Virus record (IMG/VR): IMGVR_UViG_3300021963_000021
Span: 299,944 to 363,943 of that record
Source: a virus
Length of the DNA: 64,000 nucleotides
Reading direction: 5' to 3' (one strand)
In this document: positions 9,439 to 18,749 of the stretch, piece after piece
Position numbering within the stretch: the first letter of the stretch is position 1
Layout: every line of letters starts with the position of its first letter
Made by a program: the position numbers and the translations under genes
Notes under the pieces: generated by a model
What the model saw: the letters and a program-made list of their open reading frames with translations, nothing else
What the model was told of the DNA's origin: nothing
Databases searched by the model: none

Positions 9439-9917
9439 TTTAATCCAGCATTTTGTTTTAATCCTGCTAGGGCTTTTTCAAGTTCTGCTACTTGCCCTGC
9501 TAGATTACTTTGATAGTCTTGGTGTGCTTGTGCTACCTGTGCTACCTGTTGTACTGCCTGTTGATTTGGTTGTTGTGCCTGTGCTGTGCTACTGCCGCCT
9601 GTGCTACCACCACTGCTTGGTGATGTTAGTTTGTCTACGGCTTTGGTAGCCAGATTTGATACTACATCTTTGCCTATGTTTTTTGCTCCCTGTACTGCTG
9701 CCTGACCAACTGATCGAGCACCAGACGCTGCTGCGCGGCCAGCAGCAGAAGCTGCTGAACTCACACCTCTACCTACAGCAGATGCTGCAGTACCAAGGCC
9801 TCTAAGAGCAGTTCCACCTACTGCTACTGCGCCTCTACCGATAGCGCCGAGCACAGCTGGCAATATTTCATCTAACTTCTCTTGTTCCTTGTTAGAAACA
9901 ATTTCGTCTAATCTCAT
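9435..9917 (-). CDS. hypothetical Gly/Ala-rich protein
   Basis: 160 aa. GxAxxGxG-type low-complexity repeats followed by a coiled-coil C-terminus. May be a scaffold or internal virion protein. Confidence 0.3.
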   Translation of the reverse strand: MRLDEIVSNKEQEKLDEILPAVLGAIGRGAVAVGGTALRGLGTAASAVGRGVSSAASAAGRAAASGARSVGQAAVQGAKNIGKDVVSNLATKAVDKLTSPSSGGSTGGSSTAQAQQPNQQAVQQVAQVAQAHQDYQSNLAGQVAELEKALAGLKQNAGLK

Positions 9918-10744
9918 CCTGCTAATACTTTTAGTAAGTTGCCTGAACGATCAATGCTTTCTCTTTTTGCGCGGCCTGCTTCTTCTGGTCCGCCTGCTGC
10001 TGGTTCTGCTGCGGCAAATGCGTCTTCACCTTCGTCGCCCATAGCAGCATCTGGATTCATAGCATCTGGTTCTGCTGGAGCACCTAGATCATCTGGAGCA
10101 CCCATGTCAGCTGCTGGATCTGGTGTTTCTGCTCCAAGCATTTCTTCCGGCTGTTCTTCGCCAGTTAGACCACGCACACCAGATGATAGTGTTTCACGTG
10201 TTTGCTTGAGTGTTTCTAATGCTGCTTGAATAGCTGGAGCCACTGCGCTTAAGAATGCCTTAGCTTGTTGTTGTCCCATTTCGTCACGGATGGTATCACC
10301 TAGTTCTAATAGCTGATCATTTTCCATGCCGGCTAGTTCTTCAATCCAGCGACCTACTCTATCTACCATCGTTTTGGCAGTTACCACTGCGCTGGCTTTA
10401 TCAGTGGCGCTTTCTTGAACTCTAGTTGTCATATCTTCTTCCTTTGTTGTTTCGTCGGTTTCCTGGATTTCTTCGCCACCCACAATGTTCTCACCGCGCT
10501 CAGAAATCTCTGCGTTGATCGCATCTAGCATCCATTGTGCTTTAGTGTAAGCATCATTCTCTACAGTTTCGTTAAAGCTAGAACTTTGCTTGTACTGATG
10601 TACTTGTGTGCGAAGTCTGTTTCTAGCGTCTTGTAATTGCTCTAGAGTGTATGATTCTAAGTTGAGCTTCTGCCCAAACGTTTTTTCAATGGTTTCGTTG
10701 ATTTTGCGAGAATCAACTTTCTTAAAAATGTCTGTTGTTTTCAT
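9914..10744 (-). CDS. hypothetical acidic protein
   Basis: 276 aa, strongly acidic C-terminal half (PDAAMGDEGEDAF...). Overlaps neighbours by 4 nt. Confidence 0.3.
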   Translation of the reverse strand: MKTTDIFKKVDSRKINETIEKTFGQKLNLESYTLEQLQDARNRLRTQVHQYKQSSSFNETVENDAYTKAQWMLDAINAEISERGENIVGGEEIQETDETTKEEDMTTRVQESATDKASAVVTAKTMVDRVGRWIEELAGMENDQLLELGDTIRDEMGQQQAKAFLSAVAPAIQAALETLKQTRETLSSGVRGLTGEEQPEEMLGAETPDPAADMGAPDDLGAPAEPDAMNPDAAMGDEGEDAFAAAEPAAGGPEEAGRAKRESIDRSGNLLKVLAG

Positions 10745-10780
10745 GAGTCCTCATCCAGGAGTTATTGTTATATTTAGTAG

Positions 10781-11224
10781 TTATCTTGCCAAAAGCTCAG
10801 CCTGAGATTTCCAGTGGGCAGCAGTGTCTTTGGCATAGCACAGTCTAGCTAGATACAGATCGATGCGAAATTGATCTTGATCTACCCTAGCCTTATGATA
10901 CTTATCTTTGAATAATTGATAGTCATCAAGGGCTTGGCCAAATTTAGTATCTGCGTCTATTAGATTACGGATTTTTTCCTGATATTTCATAGGACTCAAT
11001 GCTATAAAGTTTGCTACTTTGATTGCTACTTTATTCAGAGAAATGTTTCTATAAAGTAATTCACCATTTTGGTATAGGTTTTTTATAGGACCTTGACTTT
11101 CGATCAAGACGCTGCCTACAAGGATACCTTGCTCTGTTTTTACAGGTACGAGGAATTCTTTTTTAGCTAGATCTTTGTGTACTTTGGAAATTACACGATC
11201 TAACTGTCTTTTAATTTCAGTCAT
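10781..11224 (-). CDS. hypothetical protein
   Basis: 147-aa ORF. Confidence 0.3.
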   Translation of the reverse strand: MTEIKRQLDRVISKVHKDLAKKEFLVPVKTEQGILVGSVLIESQGPIKNLYQNGELLYRNISLNKVAIKVANFIALSPMKYQEKIRNLIDADTKFGQALDDYQLFKDKYHKARVDQDQFRIDLYLARLCYAKDTAAHWKSQAELLAR

Positions 11225-11251
11225 AAAAAAAGGACCTATGGTCCTTTATTT
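11225..11251 (-). terminator. rho-independent terminator (minus strand)
   Basis: AAGGACC-ATA-GGTCCTT hairpin followed by a T-run on the minus strand, directly after the 11265..11600 ORF. Confidence 0.6.
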
Positions 11252-11264
11252 AAGTATGTATATT

Positions 11265-11600
11265 TTATAGACCAAAGAACTTGATAATCGTGTGTATGTT
11301 AAGCTGTCCTGTCATTCCTAGTCCTGCTAAAAATGCCATACCAATCATTCCATACATCATCATTTTGTCTTTGGATTTTTCTAATTCTTTGATTTTTCCA
11401 GCTAGCTCGTTGTGCTGGGCTGTGGATTCTACTCTCATATCACCGAGCGTCTTACTCAGTGTCTCGCCTGTGCGGTCCAAGCAGTCGTGCATCTCCTTCA
11501 CGTCTACTTTGATATCATCTAGTTTATTATCTAAATTAGCAACCTGTACTTCTACAACGCTAACTCGCTCTGCTACTGTAGGCATCTGGGCCATCTCCAA
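11265..11600 (-). CDS. hypothetical coiled-coil protein with C-terminal transmembrane helix
   Basis: 111 aa. Heptad-like N-terminus and hydrophobic C-terminus (MMMYGMIGMAFLAGLGMTG). Confidence 0.3.
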   Translation of the reverse strand: MEMAQMPTVAERVSVVEVQVANLDNKLDDIKVDVKEMHDCLDRTGETLSKTLGDMRVESTAQHNELAGKIKELEKSKDKMMMYGMIGMAFLAGLGMTGQLNIHTIIKFFGL

Positions 11601-11678
11601 TGTTATAAGTCAAGTGCTCGCTCCGAGCCATGTGCCTAATGTATGATTGAATGCCTAATAATGTTTGCCTATATGTTT

Positions 11679-11686
11679 TATTTATA
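11679..11686 (-). promoter_or_regulatory. T4-type late promoter box TATAAATA (minus strand)
   Basis: Plus strand reads tatttata, so the minus strand reads TATAAATA. Lies ~80 nt upstream of the 11600 start. Confidence 0.5.
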
Positions 11687-11689
11687 TCA

Positions 11690-12085
11690 CTAGTACAGTT
11701 TTTGGATTATGGTATTAAATTTGTCACCCTTGGTTTTGAATACAGGAACATCAAAATTGGTACTATTATTTAATCCATCTACTATTGGAACACCGTCTAG
11801 ATCGTCTAGTAATAGGCCAAAAGGCGATAGGTCGTTGGCATAAGATTCGGATCTTTCTACTTCAAACTCATAGGTCCAATACCTAGCTTTGCCTTTCCAC
11901 GGTTCGGGCAATCGTCCCTCGTCAGATATAGGATCTCGATCAGCTGCCACTATGCCACGTAGATTTATGGCCTGTAGTAGAGCGTTGAAGTTTGATTGTT
12001 GTGCGTGTTTAAGTTCACTAGGGTCACTCCTGTGCGGTCGTGTCCGTGTGATGTCTACTAGTGTTGTTATTCGGAACTTTTCCAT
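11690..12085 (-). CDS. hypothetical protein
   Basis: 131-aa ORF. Confidence 0.3.
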   Translation of the reverse strand: MEKFRITTLVDITRTRPHRSDPSELKHAQQSNFNALLQAINLRGIVAADRDPISDEGRLPEPWKGKARYWTYEFEVERSESYANDLSPFGLLLDDLDGVPIVDGLNNSTNFDVPVFKTKGDKFNTIIQKLY

Positions 12086-12108
12086 AATCTGCTGTTATTT
12101 AAGCAGAT

Positions 12109-12136
12109 AAAAAAAGGCCGGAATAAATCCGGCCCT
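12109..12136 (-). terminator. rho-independent terminator (minus strand)
   Basis: GGCCGGA-ATAAA-TCCGGCC hairpin followed by 7 T on the minus strand, after the 12159..12539 ORF. Confidence 0.6.
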
Positions 12137-12158
12137 TCCTTCCCATCCCTAGGAAATA

Positions 12159-12539
12159 TTAATAACCTGTGTTGAATGAAACTACTTCAGTGATTGTGTA
12201 GCCACTTGGTGCTGAACCTAGTGTACCAGTACCTTGTAGTGCTACATAGCAAGAAGCATCTGTAGAACCGTCCCAGCTGAAGCCGACAATAGTGAAAGCG
12301 TCTGGACCGTTTGTATCTGTACCGTTACCAGATCCACCTGCTGCTTCAAATGTCTTTAGAGCTGCTAGAAGTTGTGCTTCTGTTGCGTCGCCGGAATCTT
12401 TAACAAGAGTAGCGATGATTGTACGACCGCCAAGACCTTGTGTAAGACCGTTGTTTCTTAGGTTGCTATTGAATAGTGATTCGTAGTTAGCTGCTACGGT
12501 TGCTCCTGGTGAAGGAACGTTTGTATATGACCATGCCAT
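12159..12539 (-). CDS. hypothetical late protein (small, likely abundant virion protein)
   Basis: 126 aa. Exact TATAAATA late box ~45 nt upstream and an AAGGAG RBS. Confidence 0.35.
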   Translation of the reverse strand: MAWSYTNVPSPGATVAANYESLFNSNLRNNGLTQGLGGRTIIATLVKDSGDATEAQLLAALKTFEAAGGSGNGTDTNGPDAFTIVGFSWDGSTDASCYVALQGTGTLGSAPSGYTITEVVSFNTGY

Positions 12540-12585
12540 GATAAGTTCTCCTTAAGTTATAATCCCGCTCCGGGATTGGCATGTT

Positions 12586-12593
12586 TATTTATA
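12586..12593 (-). promoter_or_regulatory. T4-type late promoter box TATAAATA (minus strand)
   Basis: Plus strand reads tatttata. Followed by a 7-bp hairpin (aatcccg/cgggatt) in the leader and an AAGGAG RBS. Confidence 0.55.
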
Positions 12594-12632
12594 TGGTTTT
12601 TGGAAAATCAAGCGGAATGGGCTTAAAATCGC

Positions 12633-13751
12633 TCAATCTGTGCGGAAAGGTGTCCAGCGATCGCGTGGAACTAGTTTTACAGCATCTGCTGTTTTAATGT
12701 AGCCTTCACCGCCACGCTGTCCGTTTGTGTGTGCTACAACATCACCCTCTGATTGATCTAGTTCACGGATTACTTCGTTTTTAGCTTTCATAAGCTCACG
12801 AACCAGATATAGTAGGCTTTCTAATACATCACCCTGCTGACTGTTCAAATCAGCTACTTTCTTTTGTTTTGGAGCACTGACCTTGCTGGTAGATAACCAA
12901 GTAAAGAAATCTTTGCTGCTTAGACTATCTAAGGCTTTGGCTTTGCTGCGTTGATTTACATATGTATAGATTATGTTCTGTAGATCGCTTAGACCTGCCT
13001 GCGGTGTAAGGAATTGATCTATACGCTTAGAGTTTTTGTTTACTGCTGCTTCTATCTGTGCTAGATTATCAGCATTTACTTCTGGCTGATGTGTGACATA
13101 GTTTTGTCCAGTAACAAATACTGTGCCACTGTTAAACATTCCTGGATCTGTAACAGGCTCACCGGAGGTCAACGGGTCACCGAAGTTTTCTAATATAAAA
13201 TGAGCAGCCACAGCTACCTTGGCGTTAGACATCAGTTTACCTATGTCACTGCTAGGGTCAACGGTATAGGTAGTTTGATTGGGAGTAAACACCAATTTAC
13301 CGGCTTGCGGTTGTGCTGGTTTGCCAGGATGAAACAGTATGTCAGCATAGACATATCCACGGAAGTCCGCAGGGGTTGCTGCTTCAAACAAGGGCCATAG
13401 GCCTGCCATATCACTGGCAAATTTTTCTCGCCAGTCTTCACCCTTGCCGCGGCTTAGTATAAACTGTTTTAGTTCTTGCGGACTTGTGCTACGGCCTTCT
13501 TCTCTGCCCCAGTTGTTCTTACCAACTAAACGGAATTGTCCATCTGGCTCGCGTCCCCATAGCACTGTAGGAGCGCCGTCCCATTTTACTGAAATGTCCT
13601 TGGCATCTTGAGCTATGTTTTTTAAGATAGCAACAGCACGAGCACCACCGTTGGGCTCTGTGAACACAAGATCCTCTAGATGATTGAACTCACGTCCTAC
13701 TTTCTTAGGAGCAGGCGCTGCGGATTCTGTTAAAAATTCAAATGCTCTCAT
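12633..13751 (-). CDS. ATP-dependent nucleic-acid ligase-like protein (KxDG nucleotidyltransferase, possibly RNA ligase)
   Basis: 372 aa. Motif I-like ISVKWDGAP near the N-terminus and motif IV/V-like EGYIKTADAVKLV near the C-terminus. Size and late-region location recall T4 RNA ligase 1, but the family was not confirmed. Confidence 0.4.
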   Translation of the reverse strand: MRAFEFLTESAAPAPKKVGREFNHLEDLVFTEPNGGARAVAILKNIAQDAKDISVKWDGAPTVLWGREPDGQFRLVGKNNWGREEGRSTSPQELKQFILSRGKGEDWREKFASDMAGLWPLFEAATPADFRGYVYADILFHPGKPAQPQAGKLVFTPNQTTYTVDPSSDIGKLMSNAKVAVAAHFILENFGDPLTSGEPVTDPGMFNSGTVFVTGQNYVTHQPEVNADNLAQIEAAVNKNSKRIDQFLTPQAGLSDLQNIIYTYVNQRSKAKALDSLSSKDFFTWLSTSKVSAPKQKKVADLNSQQGDVLESLLYLVRELMKAKNEVIRELDQSEGDVVAHTNGQRGGEGYIKTADAVKLVPRDRWTPFRTD

Positions 13752-14533
13752 GATACTAGATTAATCAACTTTCTCATCCAACCTATACTACCAGTTTGAT
13801 AACTTTCAAAGGCTTCTTTTTGAGGCAATTCCATGCCCTGTTTACCTAGTGTTTCTCTAGCTGCTGATATTAGTTCTTCGTAGTTAGGTAATTTTTTAAT
13901 GTAGTTTAAAATACTTTCAACGGATGTTATATCTTTAGGTGTAGCTGTTTGACCAAGCAGATCTTTGGCCATCTTGTTAGGGTCTTTGGTAATTGTAGTG
14001 TCAGTTGCTGGATCTACAAGACCATTTTTGTAGCTGTATTTGAAGCCACGTGCTCTAGCTATACTGGCCAACAATATATGTCTATGTTCGCCTCGGTAGG
14101 GACTGTCTTCTAGCCCACCTCGAACACTGAACTGTTGCCACTGTGGATCCGGACTAAACATAAAATCTGTTTGTGCGTATCCATTAGAATCTTCACCGCG
14201 TATAGGAGTCATTAGGTGTACGCTGTCACCACTCATTTTTACTCTTGATTTATCAATGCCAGCTGACAGCAGAGCATTCATAAGAGTCTTTTTATCAATT
14301 TGTGTTTCATCTACGGACAAGTCTAGATCGCCACTGTCTGTTTTGCGTCCTGTAGTCCCTAGCCATTTAATAGGAACTCCTGCTTCATCTTTGTCAGTGG
14401 TAAAATCAAGACCTGTGAGTTTTTCAAGATAAGCGATAGTGGCTGGAATTTCATCACGCTTGATTCTGCGTGTTAAAGGCTGTTTGTCGGCACCTTTGAA
14501 TACATTGCCGCCTTCTAGTAACTTATTCTCCAT
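13748..14533 (-). CDS. Pol-beta-superfamily nucleotidyltransferase
   Basis: 261 aa. WLGTTGRKTDSGDLDLSVD matches the hG[GS]x9-13 DhD minimal NTase signature. Overlaps the ligase-like gene by 4 nt. Confidence 0.45.
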   Translation of the reverse strand: MENKLLEGGNVFKGADKQPLTRRIKRDEIPATIAYLEKLTGLDFTTDKDEAGVPIKWLGTTGRKTDSGDLDLSVDETQIDKKTLMNALLSAGIDKSRVKMSGDSVHLMTPIRGEDSNGYAQTDFMFSPDPQWQQFSVRGGLEDSPYRGEHRHILLASIARARGFKYSYKNGLVDPATDTTITKDPNKMAKDLLGQTATPKDITSVESILNYIKKLPNYEELISAARETLGKQGMELPQKEAFESYQTGSIGWMRKLINLVS

Positions 14534-14813
14534 CTTCTTGTGATTCCAATAATTTCTTGTTGGCCTTACGTGATTCTGCTACTTTGCGTATACCGCGAGT
14601 AAACTTCGCAGGATCTGAGCCTTTGATAGCATTTAGTAGCCTACGCATTAACTCGTCTGCTACTTCTGGCTCATAGTTCTTGTTTATAGACTCTATAAGG
14701 TTAATGGCAGAATTAATAATATTTGTGGCACGGCTTTCAATCAGAGCATCTGTGTTTCTAGTTGATGCTACTTGATTAAGCTCTTGTAATATCGATCTTG
14801 TTTTAACTTTCAT
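14523..14813 (-). CDS. hypothetical protein
   Basis: 96-aa ORF, first gene of the NTase-ligase trio. Confidence 0.3.
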   Translation of the reverse strand: MKVKTRSILQELNQVASTRNTDALIESRATNIINSAINLIESINKNYEPEVADELMRRLLNAIKGSDPAKFTRGIRKVAESRKANKKLLESQEDGE

Positions 14814-14895
14814 TTCAGCGTATCCTGATGTTATATTTACCCAAATTCTATTAAGCCAAATAGTTTCTTTTTTGTGCGGTGCGCAACGCTCTCAG

Positions 14896-14903
14896 TATAA
14901 ATA
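14896..14903 (+). promoter_or_regulatory. T4-type late promoter box TATAAATA(CTAAT) on plus strand
   Basis: cagTATAAATActaat matches the T4 late consensus TATAAATACTATT at 11/13. Drives the plus-strand small-ORF island at 14931..16023 inside the minus-strand late block. Confidence 0.5.
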
Positions 14904-14930
14904 CTAATACACAGAACAAGGACACACTTA

Positions 14931-15095
14931 GATGTTAACACAACTAAAGAAATTTATCAATAGCTGGTTTTCCCAGCGAAATTATAGCTCCGATATGGAA
15001 CGCTATATCGTATCAAAAAACCCACAAAACAACGCTCATGTAGAAGAATTAGAGCGAGAATTTAACCAAAGACTACTGGAAGGGAGATTCTTATG
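14931..15095 (+). CDS. hypothetical small protein (54 aa)
   Basis: ATG 27 nt after the late box (MLTQLKKFINSWFSQRNYSSDMERYIV...). Below the ORF-track cutoff. Confidence 0.3.
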
Positions 15096-15214
15096 AGATC
15101 CGTTTGGAACTATCTCATTGGCATGTCTGATAACCTCTACAGAGCACGATCAGCATCGATCGCAGCTAGAATGGGCAACTATCAGAAAGCTAAAGAAATA
15201 ATGATGAGCAAGTA

Positions 15215-15421
15215 ATGATCGAATTTAAAGAAATACCCTTTCATACGTGGGGGCCATGGCGTAATCAGTGGGGTTACATTACCACTGTGGCTCAGTTCGA
15301 TGAAGACGATATTATCTTAAAAAGCATTACACCCTACGACAGCAAGATCGTTCGCAGATTCACTGACTGGGAAGACTGCGAACGATTGATAGAATTAATA
15401 GAGCAGGATCGGAGATTTTAA
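15215..15421 (+). CDS. hypothetical protein
   Basis: 68-aa ORF in the plus-strand island. Confidence 0.3.
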   Translation: MIEFKEIPFHTWGPWRNQWGYITTVAQFDEDDIILKSITPYDSKIVRRFTDWEDCERLIELIEQDRRF

Positions 15422-15423
15422 CC

Positions 15424-15714
15424 ATGTTTAATCTTGCTTATTCGCCTACAGAGCTATATAATAATACATACACTAACACACAAGGAGAACTTATGTTTAC
15501 ACCGCATTTTTTCATCGACACCTTTCAGGGCACAAAGAAAATTGTCACTGATCAGATTTTCAAAGATCCTGCTCTAAACAAAGCAGCTCACGCATATATC
15601 GAAGCACAAACACAATTTGCCAAGATGGCCGTTAATAACACCATTGATATGGCTAAGTATTCAGTGGAAAGCATATCTAATGTATGGTTTCCTAAGAAGG
15701 AAGGTACCGCCTAA
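15424..15714 (+). CDS. hypothetical protein
   Basis: 96-aa ORF. Confidence 0.3.
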   Translation: MFNLAYSPTELYNNTYTNTQGELMFTPHFFIDTFQGTKKIVTDQIFKDPALNKAAHAYIEAQTQFAKMAVNNTIDMAKYSVESISNVWFPKKEGTA

Positions 15715-15750
15715 GGTACAAACAGACATACACACATAAAGGAGAATATT

Positions 15751-16023
15751 ATGTCATTCGAAACACCAAAAGTTCCAGAAGTAAAATTCAATAAAAATGG
15801 CTACGAAATTCGTACAGATATCCTACACTTGGCCAAGGATCTTGTTTCTCAAGATTTCCAAGTTAAGTTCCAAGGTTGGGAAATGACCGCTACTCGCGAT
15901 GAGAAGACCGGTCAAATCGTTAGCACCGTCGCTATGCCAGAATTTCCTGGACTCGATAAAGTATTAGAAACCGCCGAAAAGATGTACACATTTGTTAATC
16001 AAGGTGCTGGCGCGAAGAAATAA
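15751..16023 (+). CDS. hypothetical protein
   Basis: 90 aa with a good RBS (AAAGGAGAATATTATG). Confidence 0.4.
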   Translation: MSFETPKVPEVKFNKNGYEIRTDILHLAKDLVSQDFQVKFQGWEMTATRDEKTGQIVSTVAMPEFPGLDKVLETAEKMYTFVNQGAGAKK

Positions 16024-16064
16024 CTATTAGCCCGTAGGGCTTTATTATATTTTAGTAAGTAAAG

Positions 16065-16089
16065 AAAAGCACCCTTCGGGGTGCTTTTT
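16065..16089. terminator. bidirectional rho-independent terminator
   Basis: AAAAGCACCC-TTCG-GGGTGCTTTTT flanked by A-run and T-run, between convergent genes. A second weaker hairpin (agccc-gta-gggct) lies at 16030-16046. Confidence 0.65.
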
Positions 16090-16732
16090 ATTTGTCTAGA
16101 ATTTTTCTAACAGCCATTTGTCTACTGTCTGCTTTTACAAAAGATTTCAAATCCATCTTGGATGCTAGCCATGCTTTAATCATGCTGTATTCTAATATCA
16201 CATCTATGTTGTCTTTGTTTAACAGTGTCTTGTGTTCTTTGTCAAAGATCTTAGTGTCTATGCTGAGATTTTGAGCGTAACCTCCCCAATGAGGTTTCAG
16301 TCTTTCTAGATTGTCTTCAGTGATATATGATCTATCTACTACTAAAAATCTGTAATGTGTAATCTGTTGTGATTTCATTACCAATAGTCGATCTTTACCA
16401 GGATGTGCGTAGTAGTGGGTTTCGTTGTTTGGAATGGCTACAACAGGATCTCGCCAGCGTTGATTTTTATGCCAATATTGGTACAGTCTGATTATTTTTT
16501 CTAGTCTATAGAAAAAACGGAACTGCTGTTTGTTACGTCTGTTTAGAAAGTTTTCTTTTATGATATCACGGTGCTGATCAAAAGTATTAGCATCGTTGTG
16601 GCAGGTCCAATTGAAGATAACTGTGGCTAGGTCGGAGCCATAATCTTGTAGACAGTTATCATAGAAGTTAGATTCTATTAGAACATGAACCCAGCCCAGC
16701 GGCAGATTTTCATACCTAATATCATTAGGCAT
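16088..16732 (-). CDS. hypothetical protein
   Basis: 214-aa ORF. Confidence 0.3.
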   Translation of the reverse strand: MPNDIRYENLPLGWVHVLIESNFYDNCLQDYGSDLATVIFNWTCHNDANTFDQHRDIIKENFLNRRNKQQFRFFYRLEKIIRLYQYWHKNQRWRDPVVAIPNNETHYYAHPGKDRLLVMKSQQITHYRFLVVDRSYITEDNLERLKPHWGGYAQNLSIDTKIFDKEHKTLLNKDNIDVILEYSMIKAWLASKMDLKSFVKADSRQMAVRKILDK

Positions 16733-16735
16733 CTA

Positions 16736-17869
16736 TCAGTCTGCGGCTCTTTCTACTCGCAGATCCTCTGGGGTTATAGTTGGGTGTCGTTCTATGACTT
16801 TGCGAATAACATCTTCGGCACTATCGCCTTCTATGCTGATAGTTCTATTAGATGGAACGTGTGTCACGTTGAATGTGCCAGGTCCTTCTTCAGCTTCTGG
16901 TTCAGCTGCTTCTGGTTCTGAATTGTAAGACAACGGAAATTTGGATTTGAGTTCGTTGATTTCAGCATCAATGTCATAGCCTTTGCCGCGAGTGATTTCT
17001 TTGCTCAACTCAACGATTTCTCCAGACTTGGCTTTCATTGCTGCGCCAATCTTTTTCAATAGGCCGGGAAATAATTCAGCAAACTTTTGATCACCACGTG
17101 AGTAGCTGATAGATTGGTTACCGTTGTTCATTTGATTAGTAGGAGCATGTATCTGCCACTTACCGTTTACGTCATCTTGATTTTGTTTGTCAATAACACT
17201 GATGATAGGACCATCTGGGGCATAACGATTGAACCATTGCATGCCGCTACTGGAACCTGTACAGAAGCTGGCTTGGAAACCTTCTGAATTGTTAAATGTA
17301 TAACATGAACCGTAGTTGTAGGGAACTACTACTAGGAATTTTTCGTCGTCAATTAGAGTTGTTTCTTTCTTTTCACGCTTGTGTTTTTCAATAACTTCAG
17401 CGTCTTTGATTTTACGCAGCTCGTCTCGATACTCTCTAGTCTGTACAATGGCCTGAATCTGGCGTAGATTTTTATATCTATTAAAGTCTTGATGTGCGGG
17501 TTGAAGCTTGTTACGTATGCTTAGAGCCTTCCACGCACCTAGCGCATCTCCACCTTCTCCATTGATATCTTCGTAGTCTAAAACACCCTGTGTGTACAAA
17601 CGTGTTAGCCACTCATCGAATTTACCATCGGCAGAAATATCACCATAGTCTGTAGATCTCAATGATTGATCTAACAGTTTGCTCCAAAGAGCCATGACCT
17701 CTTCATCTGTTGGTTTAGTACCTAGTCTAGCAATTTCGTTCTTAGGAACAGTGGAATCGTGACGCATGGCAATGGCCACCAGTTTGATCGTTTTAGGATC
17801 TTTGATCTTAGCAGCCACATTAGCTTCTGAGATAACTTGTAATTCGTCGATAACGTCTAGTAGTTTCAT
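16736..17869 (-). CDS. hypothetical protein
   Basis: 377-aa ORF. Confidence 0.3.
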   Translation of the reverse strand: MKLLDVIDELQVISEANVAAKIKDPKTIKLVAIAMRHDSTVPKNEIARLGTKPTDEEVMALWSKLLDQSLRSTDYGDISADGKFDEWLTRLYTQGVLDYEDINGEGGDALGAWKALSIRNKLQPAHQDFNRYKNLRQIQAIVQTREYRDELRKIKDAEVIEKHKREKKETTLIDDEKFLVVVPYNYGSCYTFNNSEGFQASFCTGSSSGMQWFNRYAPDGPIISVIDKQNQDDVNGKWQIHAPTNQMNNGNQSISYSRGDQKFAELFPGLLKKIGAAMKAKSGEIVELSKEITRGKGYDIDAEINELKSKFPLSYNSEPEAAEPEAEEGPGTFNVTHVPSNRTISIEGDSAEDVIRKVIERHPTITPEDLRVERAAD

Positions 17870-18738
17870 CCTGATATCAATGTCCTTTTAAAGAATGCCA
17901 GTACAGTGCCTAGCTTTGATGTGTCGCCTTGGGCGATATCAGTTAATAGTAGTGTCATTCCTTCTGAACGTTCTGGGCTTTGTCGGCCATTATACGATCT
18001 TTGGAATGCTCCTGTTTGATCCGGATAGTAATGGCTAGCGGCCATCGCTACTGCTATCGATATTGCGTTTTCTAAATTGCTGCTAAGACTGCCAACGTCG
18101 CCGCCAGTTTCGATCACATCCATCATTTGTTGTAATTTTCTAACTTGATTTAATTTTTTTTCAGCTTTCTCGTAGGCATCGTTTTTGATCATATTAGTAA
18201 TCATGCCTTTGATATCTGCGATAGCTGCTTGAATGGCTTTGGCCCATAAAGGTTTAAATTTCATTAGCAGTTTGTCGTTAGACATAGACTTTTCAGCTGA
18301 TTTGTTAAGTTCAGCTCTGTCTTTTTGTTTTGTCCTAACAGCACCTGTTTCACGCCCAATATAGATGTGCGTGATCTTACCTATACTTCCTTTAAAGAAA
18401 TCTAATATATTGCCACCGCGATCGTTTCTAACAACCTGTGGATCGTCACCTGTGCTGGCCAGTGCTGTGTAACTGCCATTCTTCTGTTGTATAGCACCCG
18501 AGCCTTTTTGTCCTTTGACTAAGACCCAACCTCCACGACTCATGTCTTTCAACACACTCCAACTGATTTTTTCAGTTGGTTGATATTCTTGATTGTGTGA
18601 TAGGGCATATTCACTGTGAAGTTTTCTAATCACAGCGTCGCCACCTGGATACCCTTTGAACAGATCTATACTTGAGCTAGCTTCAAATACGATGCTTTCA
18701 CAAAGAGCAGCAAAATTTTTATAACCTTGTGTATTCAT
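17866..18738 (-). CDS. hypothetical protein
   Basis: 290-aa ORF. Confidence 0.3.
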   Translation of the reverse strand: MNTQGYKNFAALCESIVFEASSSIDLFKGYPGGDAVIRKLHSEYALSHNQEYQPTEKISWSVLKDMSRGGWVLVKGQKGSGAIQQKNGSYTALASTGDDPQVVRNDRGGNILDFFKGSIGKITHIYIGRETGAVRTKQKDRAELNKSAEKSMSNDKLLMKFKPLWAKAIQAAIADIKGMITNMIKNDAYEKAEKKLNQVRKLQQMMDVIETGGDVGSLSSNLENAISIAVAMAASHYYPDQTGAFQRSYNGRQSPERSEGMTLLLTDIAQGDTSKLGTVLAFFKRTLISG

Positions 18739-18749
18739 AGTAGTATTTA

